A DNA stretch of 64,000 nt from Nitrososphaeria archaeon (GCA_027078545.1 JALWXN010000004.1:672001-736000), one strand, 5' to 3'. Positions 9,222 through 19,865 are shown, counted from the first letter of the stretch. The notes: generated by a model from the sequence alone, not told the origin. Program-made: numbers and translations.

Positions 9222-11288
9222 ATGGCGGCTAGGAGGAGGGGCGCCGGTAAGGGCGTCTCGAGAAGGGACTTCATAACACTAGCTGGTGGGGCTGCTGTCG
9301 GAGCTGCTATTGGCTATACCGCCTTCAAGCTTACACAGCCAGCGCCTGCTGCTGAGCTACCCTACCAGGAGATCATCCAGGCACGTGGCCTAACCCCGGA
9401 GGATGTAGAGGCTGCGCTGAAGACCTACCTTCCTGGTGGGAGACAGGACGAGTTTATATTGTTTGCCAGCGGTGGACATTCGGGACAGGTGCTGGTCTTC
9501 GGAATACCCAGTATGAAGCTCTACAGAGTGATAGGTGTATTCACTCCAGAGCCTTGGCAGGGATATGGATACGGCGCAAAGGAGACTATGGAGGTTCTTA
9601 GGGGTGGCAACAATGGTGTGAGGGAGCTTACATGGGGCGATGTACACCACCCAGAGGTCAGCAGGACGAACGGCGAGTTCGATGGCGAGTGGCTATTCGT
9701 CAACGACAAGGCTAATGGGAGAGTAGCGGTGATAAGCCTGAAGGACTTCGAGACGAAGCAGATCGTGAAGATACCTAATATGCAGAGCCAGCATGGAGGT
9801 GCATTCGTTACTCCGAATACGGAGTACGTCGTCGTCGGTTCACAGTATCCGACTCCTTGGGATCCTGACAAGGGATATATTCCTGGGGAGACTTATGTAG
9901 AGCTGGATCCAAAGGATCCCGACACGCTAAAGAACAACTTCAGAGGGCTAATAGCATTTCTCAAGTTTGACAGAGAGCGTGGAAGGATCGATCTTAGCAG
10001 GAGCTTCGAGATTGAGCTTCCACCATATTCACAGGATCTAGTTGTGGTTGGCTGGGGGGCCTCAGATGGAATGGCTTTTATCAACAGCTTCAACACTGAG
10101 ATGGCGGTGGGTGATGTTCTTAATGGGGTTCCAGCATTGGAGGTAGGATCAGCAGAGTATGACTACGACTTCCTCCACATTGTATTCTGGAAGAAGGCTG
10201 AGCAGCTTATTCAGCAGGGAAGATATAGAGAGCTAAATGGAGTCAAGGTTATTAGTCTGGAGGATGCAGTGAGGGAAGGGATTCTCTACTTCGCCCCAGA
10301 GCCTAAGAGCCCACACGGTGTTGACATTGCTCCCAGAGGAGATTATATAGTTGTCAGTGGTAAGCTGGAGCCATCAGCCACGATTTATAGTGCTGATGCG
10401 ATAAAGAACGCTGTACAGGCTGGAGACTTCGAGGGTAGGGACGACTTCGGAGTGCCCATCCTGAAGTTTGACAAGGTTAAGGTGGCCCAGGTTGAGCTCG
10501 GCCTAGGGCCGCTGCACACAGAGTTCGACGACAAGGGCTATGCATATACTAGCCTCTTCATAGATAATGCGATAGCCAAGTGGACACTAGGCCCGCCATA
10601 CTTCGAGGGCGACGAGGCATGGAAGGTTGTGGACAAGGTGACTATACACTACAACATCGGCCACCTAGCGGCGCCTGAGAGTAACAGCCCATCCCCTAAG
10701 GGTAAGTACGTCGTGGCCCTCAACAAGTGGAGCATAGACAGGTTCCCAGTCCTAGGCCCATTGAAGCCGCAGAACTTCCAGCTTATAGACATAACTGGGG
10801 AGAAAATGAAGGTTCTCCTAGACTTCCCGATAGGCATCGGTGAGCCGCACTACGCCAAGATCATCGATATAAACAAGATCAAGGCACTAGAGGTCTATCC
10901 TCCTGGAACTGATCCACTGACATTTGAGCCGCATCCACACGCCATACAGCCTGGTGAGGAGAGGATTGAGAGGACCACGATTGATGGTAGGCCAGCTACA
11001 GTAGTCTACGGCACCTTGATCAGGAGTACAGTAACACCAGACTTTATCAGGGTTCGGCAGGGAGACTTGGTGAGAATGTATCTAACCAATGTCGAGACTA
11101 CGCCAGACGCTACCCACGGATTCTCGATATGTGAGTATAACATCAACGCTAGTATAGAGCCGGGCGAGACGGTGACGATAGAGTTCGTAGCTGATAAGCC
11201 AGGTGTTTATGCCTTCTACTGTACAGAGTTCTGTTCACCGCTCCACCTAGAGATGGCTGGCTGGCTAGTCATCGAGCCCAGGGGGTAG
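9222..11288 (+). CDS. nosZ: Nitrous-oxide reductase, clade II type, with Tat signal
   Basis: SRRDF Tat motif; clade II SGGHSGQ..G.PSM; CuZ His motifs DVHH, QHG, PHG, PLH, GH, EPH; CuA THGF...CTEFCSPLHLEM. Confidence 0.96.
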   Translation: MAARRRGAGKGVSRRDFITLAGGAAVGAAIGYTAFKLTQPAPAAELPYQEIIQARGLTPEDVEAALKTYLPGGRQDEFILFASGGHSGQVLVFGIPSMKLYRVIGVFTPEPWQGYGYGAKETMEVLRGGNNGVRELTWGDVHHPEVSRTNGEFDGEWLFVNDKANGRVAVISLKDFETKQIVKIPNMQSQHGGAFVTPNTEYVVVGSQYPTPWDPDKGYIPGETYVELDPKDPDTLKNNFRGLIAFLKFDRERGRIDLSRSFEIELPPYSQDLVVVGWGASDGMAFINSFNTEMAVGDVLNGVPALEVGSAEYDYDFLHIVFWKKAEQLIQQGRYRELNGVKVISLEDAVREGILYFAPEPKSPHGVDIAPRGDYIVVSGKLEPSATIYSADAIKNAVQAGDFEGRDDFGVPILKFDKVKVAQVELGLGPLHTEFDDKGYAYTSLFIDNAIAKWTLGPPYFEGDEAWKVVDKVTIHYNIGHLAAPESNSPSPKGKYVVALNKWSIDRFPVLGPLKPQNFQLIDITGEKMKVLLDFPIGIGEPHYAKIIDINKIKALEVYPPGTDPLTFEPHPHAIQPGEERIERTTIDGRPATVVYGTLIRSTVTPDFIRVRQGDLVRMYLTNVETTPDATHGFSICEYNINASIEPGETVTIEFVADKPGVYAFYCTEFCSPLHLEMAGWLVIEPRG

Positions 11289-11291
11289 AGG

Positions 11292-11798
11292 ATGAAGAAG
11301 TACCTTATCCCAATCCTTTTTATATTTGCCCTTATAGTCATTGGTCTAAACCTCTCCAACCTGTTTATGCGTGGGGAGTCGATCCCCAAGATATATCTGG
11401 ATCAGGACAGATGTGCCCAGTGTGGGATGGTGATTAGCAGGGCGGAGTACGCCGCCCTGGCATACAGGGTAGATACTGGGGAATGGGTGAAGTTCGACGA
11501 TATCGGATGCCTGCTTAAATATATGATCGAGAATGGTGGGACCTCCAACTTTCGCGACATATATGTGGCTGACTACAACACTGGTGAGTTGATAGGGGCT
11601 GTGGACGCATTCTTTGTCAGGGCCTCCGCCGAGGATGTATCCACCCCTATGTCAAGCGGAATAGTGGCGTTCAAATCCCTGGGTGATGCGGAGGCCTTCT
11701 CCAACAGGTATGGAGGCACGGTATACACCTTCCAGGAGCTATACTCCTGGGCCGCCTCCAACCCGGGCGTGATTTATCAGAAGGAGATGTCGATGTGA
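11292..11798 (+). CDS. nosL: NosL copper chaperone
   Basis: CAQCGM, FDDIGC, TPM; directly after nosZ. Confidence 0.9.
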   Translation: MKKYLIPILFIFALIVIGLNLSNLFMRGESIPKIYLDQDRCAQCGMVISRAEYAALAYRVDTGEWVKFDDIGCLLKYMIENGGTSNFRDIYVADYNTGELIGAVDAFFVRASAEDVSTPMSSGIVAFKSLGDAEAFSNRYGGTVYTFQELYSWAASNPGVIYQKEMSM

Positions 11799-11799
11799 G

Positions 11800-12360
11800 G
11801 TGGTCATATTGGATAGGATGATGATCCTCAAGATCGTGCTGGTCGTGGCGCCACTCATAGCTATAGCCCTCCCGCTTTGGAGCCTACGTGTACACCCAGC
11901 TTTCATGGGTCAGAAGTGGCTGGACATCGATGTATGGGGATATGGGGCTGTAACAGGACCTTTAGATAGTCTAAACATTGCAAACCACTATGTAGGGCTT
12001 AAAGAGATCAGGCCTGAGGAGATGTTCGAGCTGAAGTTGCTACCCCTTCTATATCCCTTGATGGCGGTAGTGAACGGGCTTATACTCTTCGGGGATGAGG
12101 CGAAGTATAGGGTTGGGAAGTGGCTCGGCCTAGCCACATTGATAGGTGTGGTTGCCTATTTCCAGTGGTGGCTATACAGATACGGACATGATATAGACCC
12201 TAAATTAGCTAGGATTGAGATAGACCCCTTCACACCGTATGTAACGGGCTACTACAAGATAGCCAACTTCGAGATCATAGCCTTCTTCAACATTGGCTAC
12301 ATCATCCTGCTCGTGAGCTACATCCTATCCCTCTACCTCAGGAGGAGGGAGTATGGGTGA
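11800..12360 (+). CDS. nosB: Clade II nos-associated 4-TM membrane protein (NosB-like)
   Basis: LNIANHYVG motif, WLYRYGH; lies inside the nos cluster. Confidence 0.7.
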   Translation: MVILDRMMILKIVLVVAPLIAIALPLWSLRVHPAFMGQKWLDIDVWGYGAVTGPLDSLNIANHYVGLKEIRPEEMFELKLLPLLYPLMAVVNGLILFGDEAKYRVGKWLGLATLIGVVAYFQWWLYRYGHDIDPKLARIEIDPFTPYVTGYYKIANFEIIAFFNIGYIILLVSYILSLYLRRREYG

Positions 12361-13781
12361 TGACCAACATCCAGAGAACCCTCTCCATCCCAATACTCCT
12401 TTTTATCGCCCTTATCCTTGCTCAGCCCGTAGACGGGTTGGTGGGTAACTCCTCCATATACGATGATCTCGGGAATAGATACTCCTCCCTCGGGGAGGCT
12501 GTGAGGGAGGCATCCCCAGGCTCAACAATATATGTCGAGGGTGGTATCCATAGAGGCGGTATAGTCATCGATAAACCCCTAAGCTTAGTAGGTATAGACA
12601 GGCCAGTTCTCGACGGTGAGTATAGTGGTAGCGTTGTCACTATAGAGAACACTGAAAATGTCTCGATAACAGGCTTCAGGATTGAGAGGAGTGGACGGGT
12701 ATACTCCACCGAGGACTCCGGGGTAAAGATCATCAACTCCACAAGAGTATTTATACGGTACAATGTGTTCGACGACGTCTTCTTCGGGATACTGGTCAAG
12801 GATAGTAGGGGTGTCGAGATAGTAGGGAATAATATTACTGGGATTGATGAGTACTATCTCTCCGACAGGATGCATGGTATCTACAACTGGTACTCCTACA
12901 ACATATCGATTATAAACAATACCTTCCGCTATGTGAAGGACGGGGTCTATAACGACCATAACTATGACACGGTCATTGCTAACAACACATTCCGCTACGG
13001 CCGCTACGGTGTACACCTGATGTATAGCGATAGGTTCGTGATAGAGCGGAATGATATCTCTGGCTTCATAGCAGGGATGGCCCTGATGTATAGTGAGAAT
13101 TTGACGATACGATATAACAAGATACATGGGAATAGGGTAGGTGGCATTGGTGAGGGCCTATTCATACCTGAGACCGACAACATATTGATCGAGCATAACT
13201 GGATAGTCGGGAATGTGGTGGGGATCAATATTAGGTATACTCCATATACGCCCGGCAAATACTCTATTATACGGTTCAACGTGATAGCCTACAACTATGT
13301 GGGGCTCCATGTAGATACTGATAGCGAGGCGGAGGTCTATGGGAACGACTTCATAGAGAATGTCCAGGAGATTAGGTATATCGGCTATACCAAGAGCAGG
13401 ATAAAGTGGTATAGCGAGGAGCTAAGGATAGGTAACTACTGGTCCGGGGTCAAGGCCTTCGACTCCGATGGAGACGGCCTTGTCGATGTGCCCTATACCC
13501 TGGTCGACCCGCTATACCGTTTTATAAGGGAGCACCGTGAGCTGAGCGTATACTACCTCAGCCCTGTCTACGAGGTCCTCGATATCGTGTTTAAATACTC
13601 GTATGAGAGCCCCCTCCAGGGCCTGATAGAGGATCCATACCCGTTGAGGGAGCCATACAATATTGATAGGCTAGACCTAACCATTTACATTGAGAACCTT
13701 CCATATACACTTGTGTTGACCCTGATACCCATGTATATCGTCTATAGAGGTGTATACCGTGCTAGAGGTAAGAGGGGTTAA
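12357..13781 (+). CDS. nosD: NosD beta-helix maturation protein
   Basis: Parallel beta-helix repeats, YGVHLMYS, GNYWS...D.DGDG..D.PY. Confidence 0.92.
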   Translation: MMTNIQRTLSIPILLFIALILAQPVDGLVGNSSIYDDLGNRYSSLGEAVREASPGSTIYVEGGIHRGGIVIDKPLSLVGIDRPVLDGEYSGSVVTIENTENVSITGFRIERSGRVYSTEDSGVKIINSTRVFIRYNVFDDVFFGILVKDSRGVEIVGNNITGIDEYYLSDRMHGIYNWYSYNISIINNTFRYVKDGVYNDHNYDTVIANNTFRYGRYGVHLMYSDRFVIERNDISGFIAGMALMYSENLTIRYNKIHGNRVGGIGEGLFIPETDNILIEHNWIVGNVVGINIRYTPYTPGKYSIIRFNVIAYNYVGLHVDTDSEAEVYGNDFIENVQEIRYIGYTKSRIKWYSEELRIGNYWSGVKAFDSDGDGLVDVPYTLVDPLYRFIREHRELSVYYLSPVYEVLDIVFKYSYESPLQGLIEDPYPLREPYNIDRLDLTIYIENLPYTLVLTLIPMYIVYRGVYRARGKRG

Positions 13782-14634
13782 CAAGTTTTTCGGGGATTAC
13801 CAGGTGTTGAAGGATATATCCTTCAGCCTCGGCCCTGGGGAGGCTGCTGTCCTCCTCGGGCGTAACGGGGCTGGGAAGACCACCCTCCTGAGATGTATAG
13901 CGGGTATCCTACGGTATGAGGGGGAGGTCCTTGTCGAGGGTATAGACATGGCTAGGGAGCCTATAGAGGCTAAGAAGAGGATCGGCTACCTCCCCCAGGT
14001 CCCCCCTGTCAGGAGCGACGTCACAGGGTATGAGCTCTTCAACATGTATACCGAGCTACACGGGATAGACCTCGACGCCGATGAATGGTTTGAGAGGTTC
14101 GCCCTCCACGACGCGATGGATTTATATATCGACGAGTATAGCGGGGGTATGAGGCAGAGGCTCTTCCTAATGATGACGATAGCCCACGACCCCAGCCTGG
14201 TTCTCATGGACGAGCCTATGAACAACCTGGACAGCCTGGGTAAGAAGCTCCTAATCGACATAATCAACGAGATGAAGGGGCGTGGCAAGAGCTTCCTAAT
14301 AAGTGTCCACAGGGTCTCAGACTTCATAGCATATGCCGATGAGATCCTCGTGGTGGATGATGGGAGGCTCCTCTTCAAGGGCCCGGTCACCCGCCTATTC
14401 GAGGGCCTAGGGATATCCCGTATATTCATCTACGCCCCGGACGGGCTTGAGAGGAGGATGGTTGAGGAGGTAGGTGGGGAGAGGATAGGAGAGAATAGAG
14501 TAGTTGTCGAGGCGGAGAATATCCATGAGACCGTTATCCGCCTCGTCGAGATGGGCGTGAGGAGCTTCTTCATCGAGGAGCCAGGTATCGACGTGATTAT
14601 CAGGAGGCTGAGGAGGGATGAGGACGGTCTATAG
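13750..14634 (+). CDS. nosF: NosF ABC ATPase
   Basis: GRNGAGKT, YSGGMRQR, DEP; between nosD and nosY. Confidence 0.88.
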   Translation: MYTVLEVRGVNKFFGDYQVLKDISFSLGPGEAAVLLGRNGAGKTTLLRCIAGILRYEGEVLVEGIDMAREPIEAKKRIGYLPQVPPVRSDVTGYELFNMYTELHGIDLDADEWFERFALHDAMDLYIDEYSGGMRQRLFLMMTIAHDPSLVLMDEPMNNLDSLGKKLLIDIINEMKGRGKSFLISVHRVSDFIAYADEILVVDDGRLLFKGPVTRLFEGLGISRIFIYAPDGLERRMVEEVGGERIGENRVVVEAENIHETVIRLVEMGVRSFFIEEPGIDVIIRRLRRDEDGL

Positions 14635-15442
14635 CCTGGCCCGTGAAGAGTTTCTGAGCGGGCTTAGGAATAGATGGATACTTGTATACTCACTCTCATA
14701 CCTACTCCTGGCGATAGCCATATCACCCTTCTCCCTGGCAGGGCTCAACATCCTGGGTATGAAGGCGGTTGGCAAGGTCCTATCCGCATTGATAAATATA
14801 TCGCTATACCTAGTCCCCCTAATATCCCTGATAACCTCGACGGTCGCTATAGTGGGGGATAGGGAGACGAGATATCTTGAGTGGCTAATGTCCAACCCAG
14901 TCTCCGAGAGGGCCTACCTACTCGGCAAGTTTATAGGTCTCTTCCTATCGATAACTGTGGCCACCCTCCTAGGCTTCGGGGTTGCAAGCTGGTTCGTCAT
15001 CCTATTCCTACCGCCGGAGGACGTGTCTAAATACTTCCTCCTAATCTCTGTCGCCCTACTACTATCAGCGGTATACGTGGCTATGGGGCTACTGATAAGC
15101 GTCCTGAGCAGGACACGCTACCACGCACTGGGCACAGGCTTCCTCATATGGTTCTTCACAGTCTTCGTCTTCGACCTATTCGTGATGAGCTTCCTACTAA
15201 GCCTCCTAAACGACCCACTACTCGCCTCCATAGCCGCTACACTCAACCCGATACAGGGTATAAGGCTCAACATGATCTCCGTCATAGATCCCGAGATGAC
15301 CTTCCTAGGCTTCACAGGGATAGGTGAGCTGAGGGAGAATGTATGGCTCGTACTAGGGACTTCGCAGGCGGTGGTGATCGGCTACACAATCCTATTCGCA
15401 GGATTGGCATATCTACAGCTGAGGAGGCAGGACGTGATATAG
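14618..15442 (+). CDS. nosY: NosY ABC permease
   Basis: LRNRW, YLVPLI, LLGKF.G, LNP; 6 TM. Confidence 0.88.
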   Translation: MRTVYSLAREEFLSGLRNRWILVYSLSYLLLAIAISPFSLAGLNILGMKAVGKVLSALINISLYLVPLISLITSTVAIVGDRETRYLEWLMSNPVSERAYLLGKFIGLFLSITVATLLGFGVASWFVILFLPPEDVSKYFLLISVALLLSAVYVAMGLLISVLSRTRYHALGTGFLIWFFTVFVFDLFVMSFLLSLLNDPLLASIAATLNPIQGIRLNMISVIDPEMTFLGFTGIGELRENVWLVLGTSQAVVIGYTILFAGLAYLQLRRQDVI

Positions 15443-15482
15443 CCCCCATCCTATAAGGGCTTGAACGATATATGGGCTTTGT

Positions 15483-16844
15483 ATGGATGGTCAGCTAGGG
15501 AGGCTTCTCCACCCAAGGAGCGTAGCGGTTATAGGTGCGAGTAGTAAGCCGGGTAAGATCGGGAATGAGATACTGAGGCTCCTCGTATCCAATGGCTATA
15601 GGGGCAGGATATACCCAGTTAACCCGAGGGGTGGGGAGGCCTATGGAATAAGGTTCTACACATCGATCGACGAGCTGCCAGGAGATATAGACCTCGCATT
15701 GATAGCCCTCCCCGGTGAGCAGGCCGTGGATAGTCTAGAGGCGATGGCTACACGTGGCCTCGGAGCAGCGGTGATATATGCCTCTGGCTTCGCTGAGCAG
15801 GGGAGGGCTGAGCTAGAGGGGAGGATTCGGAGGATAGTGGAGAGGTATGGAACCAGGGTTGTAGGCCCAAACTGTGCAGGCTTCATAAACTGGGCCGCCA
15901 ACCTATATGCAGGCTTCGTGCCGGATGTAAAGCCTGGGGAGATGGCCCTGATAAGCCAGAGCGGGGCCTTCTCAGCGGCTGTGAACCACTACCTAGGTGT
16001 GAAGGGCCTCGGCCTGGGGCTCCTCATAACCCTTGGGAACAAGGCGGACGTCGCGGAGTGGGAGCTGATAAGGCATCTCGGGGATCAGCATCCAGTCTAC
16101 ATGCTCTATATGGAGGGGCTAAGGGAGGGTGAGGGTAGGAGGCTGGCCCTAGCCATCAAGGGTAGTGGGAGGCCAGTGGTCATACTCAAGACCGGGTGGA
16201 CAGAGGCGTCTCAACGGGCCCTGGCAAGCCACACAGCCTCCCTTGCAGGGGACTACCGCCTCTTCAGAACGATTATGCGTGGGGCTGGTGCATACCTGGT
16301 TGGCGACTATGTCTCCCTGGTCGATGTTGCGGAGGCGGTGTATAGGCTCAAGCCCCCCAGGGGTGGTGGGATAGGGATAGTTACGAATGGCGGCGGCCCA
16401 GCGGCTGTCCTCATGGATCATCTGGGGAGGCTTGGACACAGCCCCGGCCCAACGCCTAGGGAGGTCGTGGATAAGCTGGGCTTCCTTAGGCCACATATGC
16501 AGAGGGGGAACCCCATAGACTTGACGGCCGATGGTGGGTCTGACTACTACTACCACACTGTCAAGACTCTGATGGAGAGTAGCTGGCCCGGTGTACTGGC
16601 CGTCCTCCACGTCCCGCCGAGCTTCGTAGACCCTGTGGAGGTGGCTAGGGCCGTCGGCGAGGCATATAGAGACGGTGGTGAGTCTAAGCCCCTGATCCCC
16701 CTCTTCCTAGGCCCCCGCTACGTGGAGGCGTGGAGAGTACTGGATAGGTATGGCCTCCCGAGGATGCTTACATATTCATCGGCGGCGGAGGCGATAGACT
16801 ATCTACTGGCTAGGGGTTTGAGGGGCGGTCCCCCCTCTCGATAG
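15483..16844 (+). CDS. Acyl/acetate-CoA ligase (ADP-forming) alpha subunit, second paralogue
   Basis: PRSVAVIGAS, GPNC, SQSGA, SHTASLAG, NPIDLT. Confidence 0.87.
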   Translation: MDGQLGRLLHPRSVAVIGASSKPGKIGNEILRLLVSNGYRGRIYPVNPRGGEAYGIRFYTSIDELPGDIDLALIALPGEQAVDSLEAMATRGLGAAVIYASGFAEQGRAELEGRIRRIVERYGTRVVGPNCAGFINWAANLYAGFVPDVKPGEMALISQSGAFSAAVNHYLGVKGLGLGLLITLGNKADVAEWELIRHLGDQHPVYMLYMEGLREGEGRRLALAIKGSGRPVVILKTGWTEASQRALASHTASLAGDYRLFRTIMRGAGAYLVGDYVSLVDVAEAVYRLKPPRGGGIGIVTNGGGPAAVLMDHLGRLGHSPGPTPREVVDKLGFLRPHMQRGNPIDLTADGGSDYYYHTVKTLMESSWPGVLAVLHVPPSFVDPVEVARAVGEAYRDGGESKPLIPLFLGPRYVEAWRVLDRYGLPRMLTYSSAAEAIDYLLARGLRGGPPSR

Positions 16845-17724
16845 GGAGGGGGATATACTCCACCCCCGGCCTCCTCTGCTGTGCCTGTGGATAGAGATCC
16901 ATCAGCTCATAGATCTCAGGCGGTATCTCAGTCTTCACGTTTAGCCCGAGCTCCCTAGCCTTCTCCGGGGTTATTGGGTAGCTATGTGTCCACTCGCCCC
17001 TCGTCAATATATCGGCGACCTCCCTAGCCCTCTCCTCACCCATCCTATCCCTGAGCAGCTCCGTAATCACCTCCCTCATCTCCCGTATCGACTTCTCCGC
17101 TATATCGGCCAGGACTAGGAACTGGTCACCAGCCTTATCACCCTTCTCCCTAGCCACCTTCACGATGCTGGGGGCCGGCATAGGAGGTGTCTGCCCACCG
17201 AGACCAACCTGTGGATCTAGTGGGCCCAAAACGGCGGACTCGTCCATCCATATCTCGTCAGCAGCCAAGGCTATCAAAGTCCCGCCAGACATCGCGTAGT
17301 GGGGTACGATAACCACCTTCTTGGCGGGATGCTTCTTCAAAGCCCTCGCGATCTGCGACGCCGCTAGTACTAGCCCACCAGGCGTGTGTAGGACCAGCGC
17401 TATAGGCTTGTCTCTAGGCGTAGTCCTTATAGCCCGGAGAACCTCCTCCGAGTCCTCAATATCGATATACCTATAGATCGGTATGCCTAGAAAGCCAACC
17501 CTCTCCTGCCTATGGATCATCGTTATGAAACGCATGCCATACTTCCGCTCCAAGGCACGCAGCATCCCAAGCCTCGCAGCTCTCAGATTCCTAGCCTGGA
17601 TATACGTCGAGAAAGGCATGATGAAGAAGAGGAGCCAGAAGAGCAGCCAGATTATTGAGGTGAAGTCGATACTATCCATCTGTAATGTAAGTCTACCGAT
17701 AAACTCTGGGAGTGGCTGAATCAT
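16810..17724 (-). CDS. SDH-family ClpP-fold membrane serine protease
   Basis: HTPGG, YAMSGGT, GPLDPQ, WTHSYPI; N-terminal TM. Confidence 0.88.
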   Translation of the reverse strand: MIQPLPEFIGRLTLQMDSIDFTSIIWLLFWLLFFIMPFSTYIQARNLRAARLGMLRALERKYGMRFITMIHRQERVGFLGIPIYRYIDIEDSEEVLRAIRTTPRDKPIALVLHTPGGLVLAASQIARALKKHPAKKVVIVPHYAMSGGTLIALAADEIWMDESAVLGPLDPQVGLGGQTPPMPAPSIVKVAREKGDKAGDQFLVLADIAEKSIREMREVITELLRDRMGEERAREVADILTRGEWTHSYPITPEKARELGLNVKTEIPPEIYELMDLYPQAQQRRPGVEYIPLPIERGDRPSNP

Positions 17725-17778
17725 GAAATAATTTATCTAGCTTGATGGACTTAAAGTCGGCATATTATCAAGATCTGG

Positions 17779-18963
17779 CTATGGGTTTTCTACGGCTCTC
17801 TGCATTAGTCTGCGGTATACCGTGAATCCTATTATGTAGATTATGACTGCTGTTGATAGTCCGTATATGGCGTCCCATAGGAGGTTGGTGGTTGGTATGT
17901 CGTAGATTATCATGTCCCTCATTGACTTGACTAGTCTGCTGACTGGGTATATGTTGGCGAACTCCCTGAGGTATGTCGGTAGTATGATGTCTGGTATAAC
18001 TATCCCGCCTAGGAACATGAGTGGGAAGGCTATCATGTTGGCTAGGGCGTTGGCTCCCTCAATCGTCTTGGGGAGCATGGAGAGGATTAGGCCTAGGCCG
18101 GTCATGAATAGGCTTCCTATGAGTGAGAAGGCTATTATCACGGCCATCCTGTCGGGGGTCAGCAGTGTATAGTCCGCACCGAGTATGAGCCCGCCTAGGA
18201 CGATCGAGGCTATCGAGACGCCTACAGCTAGGAAGTTGCCCAGCGTGTCTGAGAGTAGCATGGCTGTGCTGCTCATAGGGCTGCTAAGAATGACTTTTAG
18301 GAGGCCCTCCTGCTTCTTCGATATTATGCTCATGACCCCTGTGTATAGCCCTATGAATAGGACCTCGACACCTATCATCGAGATTACCCAGTAGAGGACG
18401 AGGCCACCCCTATTCATCACGACCCTGGGCTCCACACCCTCCGTGACGGTCTTGACAGGGTCTGCTAGGAACCTTACCCAGCCAATCATCTGTTCGGGCA
18501 CCACATTGCTCTCCTCCACAAAGGTGACTATCCCCTCCCGTATCCTGTCCTCGAAGCCGGAGACAACACCCTCCACTATCCTGGCGGCCGTCTCGGAGTC
18601 GCTGATGTTCTCCAGGTAGTAGATCTCGACGCGGCTGGGCATCCTTATATCTCCCTGTTCCGTCACGTTGGCCATGTATACAGCCACGTCTACCGAGCCG
18701 TTCCTAAGCATGTCTAGGGCCTCGTCCCTACTCGAGGCATTGACTATTGATAGGGTCTCTATCTCGAGCATCACGTCCTTCAATAGGTTGTCCTCACCAG
18801 CTACTGCAACCTCCACGGTCACGTCGGATGGGTTTGCGAAGATCGTGGTGAATATTGTTAGGAGTATCAGGGGAAAGACCACTACCCAGAAGGCCACCTC
18901 CTTACTCCTAACAAGGCTCGTGGCGTAGGAGTATACCTGTGCGAGTAGCTGCCATAGACTCAT
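17779..18963 (-). CDS. ABC-2 transporter permease
   Basis: N-terminal TM, large extracellular loop, FPLMFLGG..P. Confidence 0.85.
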   Translation of the reverse strand: MSLWQLLAQVYSYATSLVRSKEVAFWVVVFPLILLTIFTTIFANPSDVTVEVAVAGEDNLLKDVMLEIETLSIVNASSRDEALDMLRNGSVDVAVYMANVTEQGDIRMPSRVEIYYLENISDSETAARIVEGVVSGFEDRIREGIVTFVEESNVVPEQMIGWVRFLADPVKTVTEGVEPRVVMNRGGLVLYWVISMIGVEVLFIGLYTGVMSIISKKQEGLLKVILSSPMSSTAMLLSDTLGNFLAVGVSIASIVLGGLILGADYTLLTPDRMAVIIAFSLIGSLFMTGLGLILSMLPKTIEGANALANMIAFPLMFLGGIVIPDIILPTYLREFANIYPVSRLVKSMRDMIIYDIPTTNLLWDAIYGLSTAVIIYIIGFTVYRRLMQRAVENP

Positions 18964-19865
18964 GACAACTTCTCACCCGTCAGGGATATGAATACCTCTG
19001 AGAGGCTGGGCTCAACCACCTCTATCCTGGTGAACCTGACGCCCCTCTCCCTCAGGGCGTGTACGATATCCTCAACAGTCAGCCTCTCCAGTGGGTAGCG
19101 GTACATCATGCCCACCTTCTCAGGCTCCACCCCATCTATTGCCGGGGCCTCCCCCTCGGGTATGAGTACGGCGGCCTTGGGGTGGGGCATATACCGCTTC
19201 TTAAGCTCCTCGGGCTCACCCTTCTCGATCACCCTCCCCCGATGCATTATGTAGACCTGTGTAGCGAACCTCTCGACCTCCTCCCCATCGTGGCTGGAGA
19301 AGACTATGAGCCTATCCCCCCAATGTGTAATGAGTAGGGACCACAGCTCCTCCCGGGCCTTGGGGTCTAGGCCTGAAGCCGGCTCGTCGAAAACCAGTAT
19401 CTCGGGGTCGTGTATCAATGCGGCTGCTATGGCGAGCCTCCTCCTCATACCCCCGCTCAGCTTCGAAACCTGCCTGTTACGGGCCTCCCACAGTCCAACA
19501 GCCTCGAGGAGCTCCTTGCCACGCCTCTTAGACTCGAATATTGAGAGGCCGTGTAGGAGGCCGTAGTAGACGAGGTTGTTCATAGCGGTTAAGTGTTTGT
19601 AGAAGGGCATGTCCTGGGGGGCGAAGCCTATGAGCCTCCTAGCCTCCACCCAGCCGTCCCCCCACATCGAGTACCCCTTAACCAGTACCTCCCCGGCATC
19701 GGGCTTGAGGCTCCCAGTAATCATGGAGAGGGTCGTCGTCTTACCACTCCCATTTGGACCCATTAGGGCGTATATCCCCCTATCCATCTCGAGGTCGACA
19801 TTCTCGACAGCAACGACGCCGGATGGATACTTTTTCCTGAGGCCCCGGGCGACTAGGAGAGACAT
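18960..19865 (-). CDS. ABC transporter ATP-binding protein
   Basis: GPNGSGKT, LSGGMRRR, DEP; start moved to ATG 19865 downstream of a TTTATATTTA TATA-like box. Confidence 0.9.
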   Translation of the reverse strand: MSLLVARGLRKKYPSGVVAVENVDLEMDRGIYALMGPNGSGKTTTLSMITGSLKPDAGEVLVKGYSMWGDGWVEARRLIGFAPQDMPFYKHLTAMNNLVYYGLLHGLSIFESKRRGKELLEAVGLWEARNRQVSKLSGGMRRRLAIAAALIHDPEILVFDEPASGLDPKAREELWSLLITHWGDRLIVFSSHDGEEVERFATQVYIMHRGRVIEKGEPEELKKRYMPHPKAAVLIPEGEAPAIDGVEPEKVGMMYRYPLERLTVEDIVHALRERGVRFTRIEVVEPSLSEVFISLTGEKLS

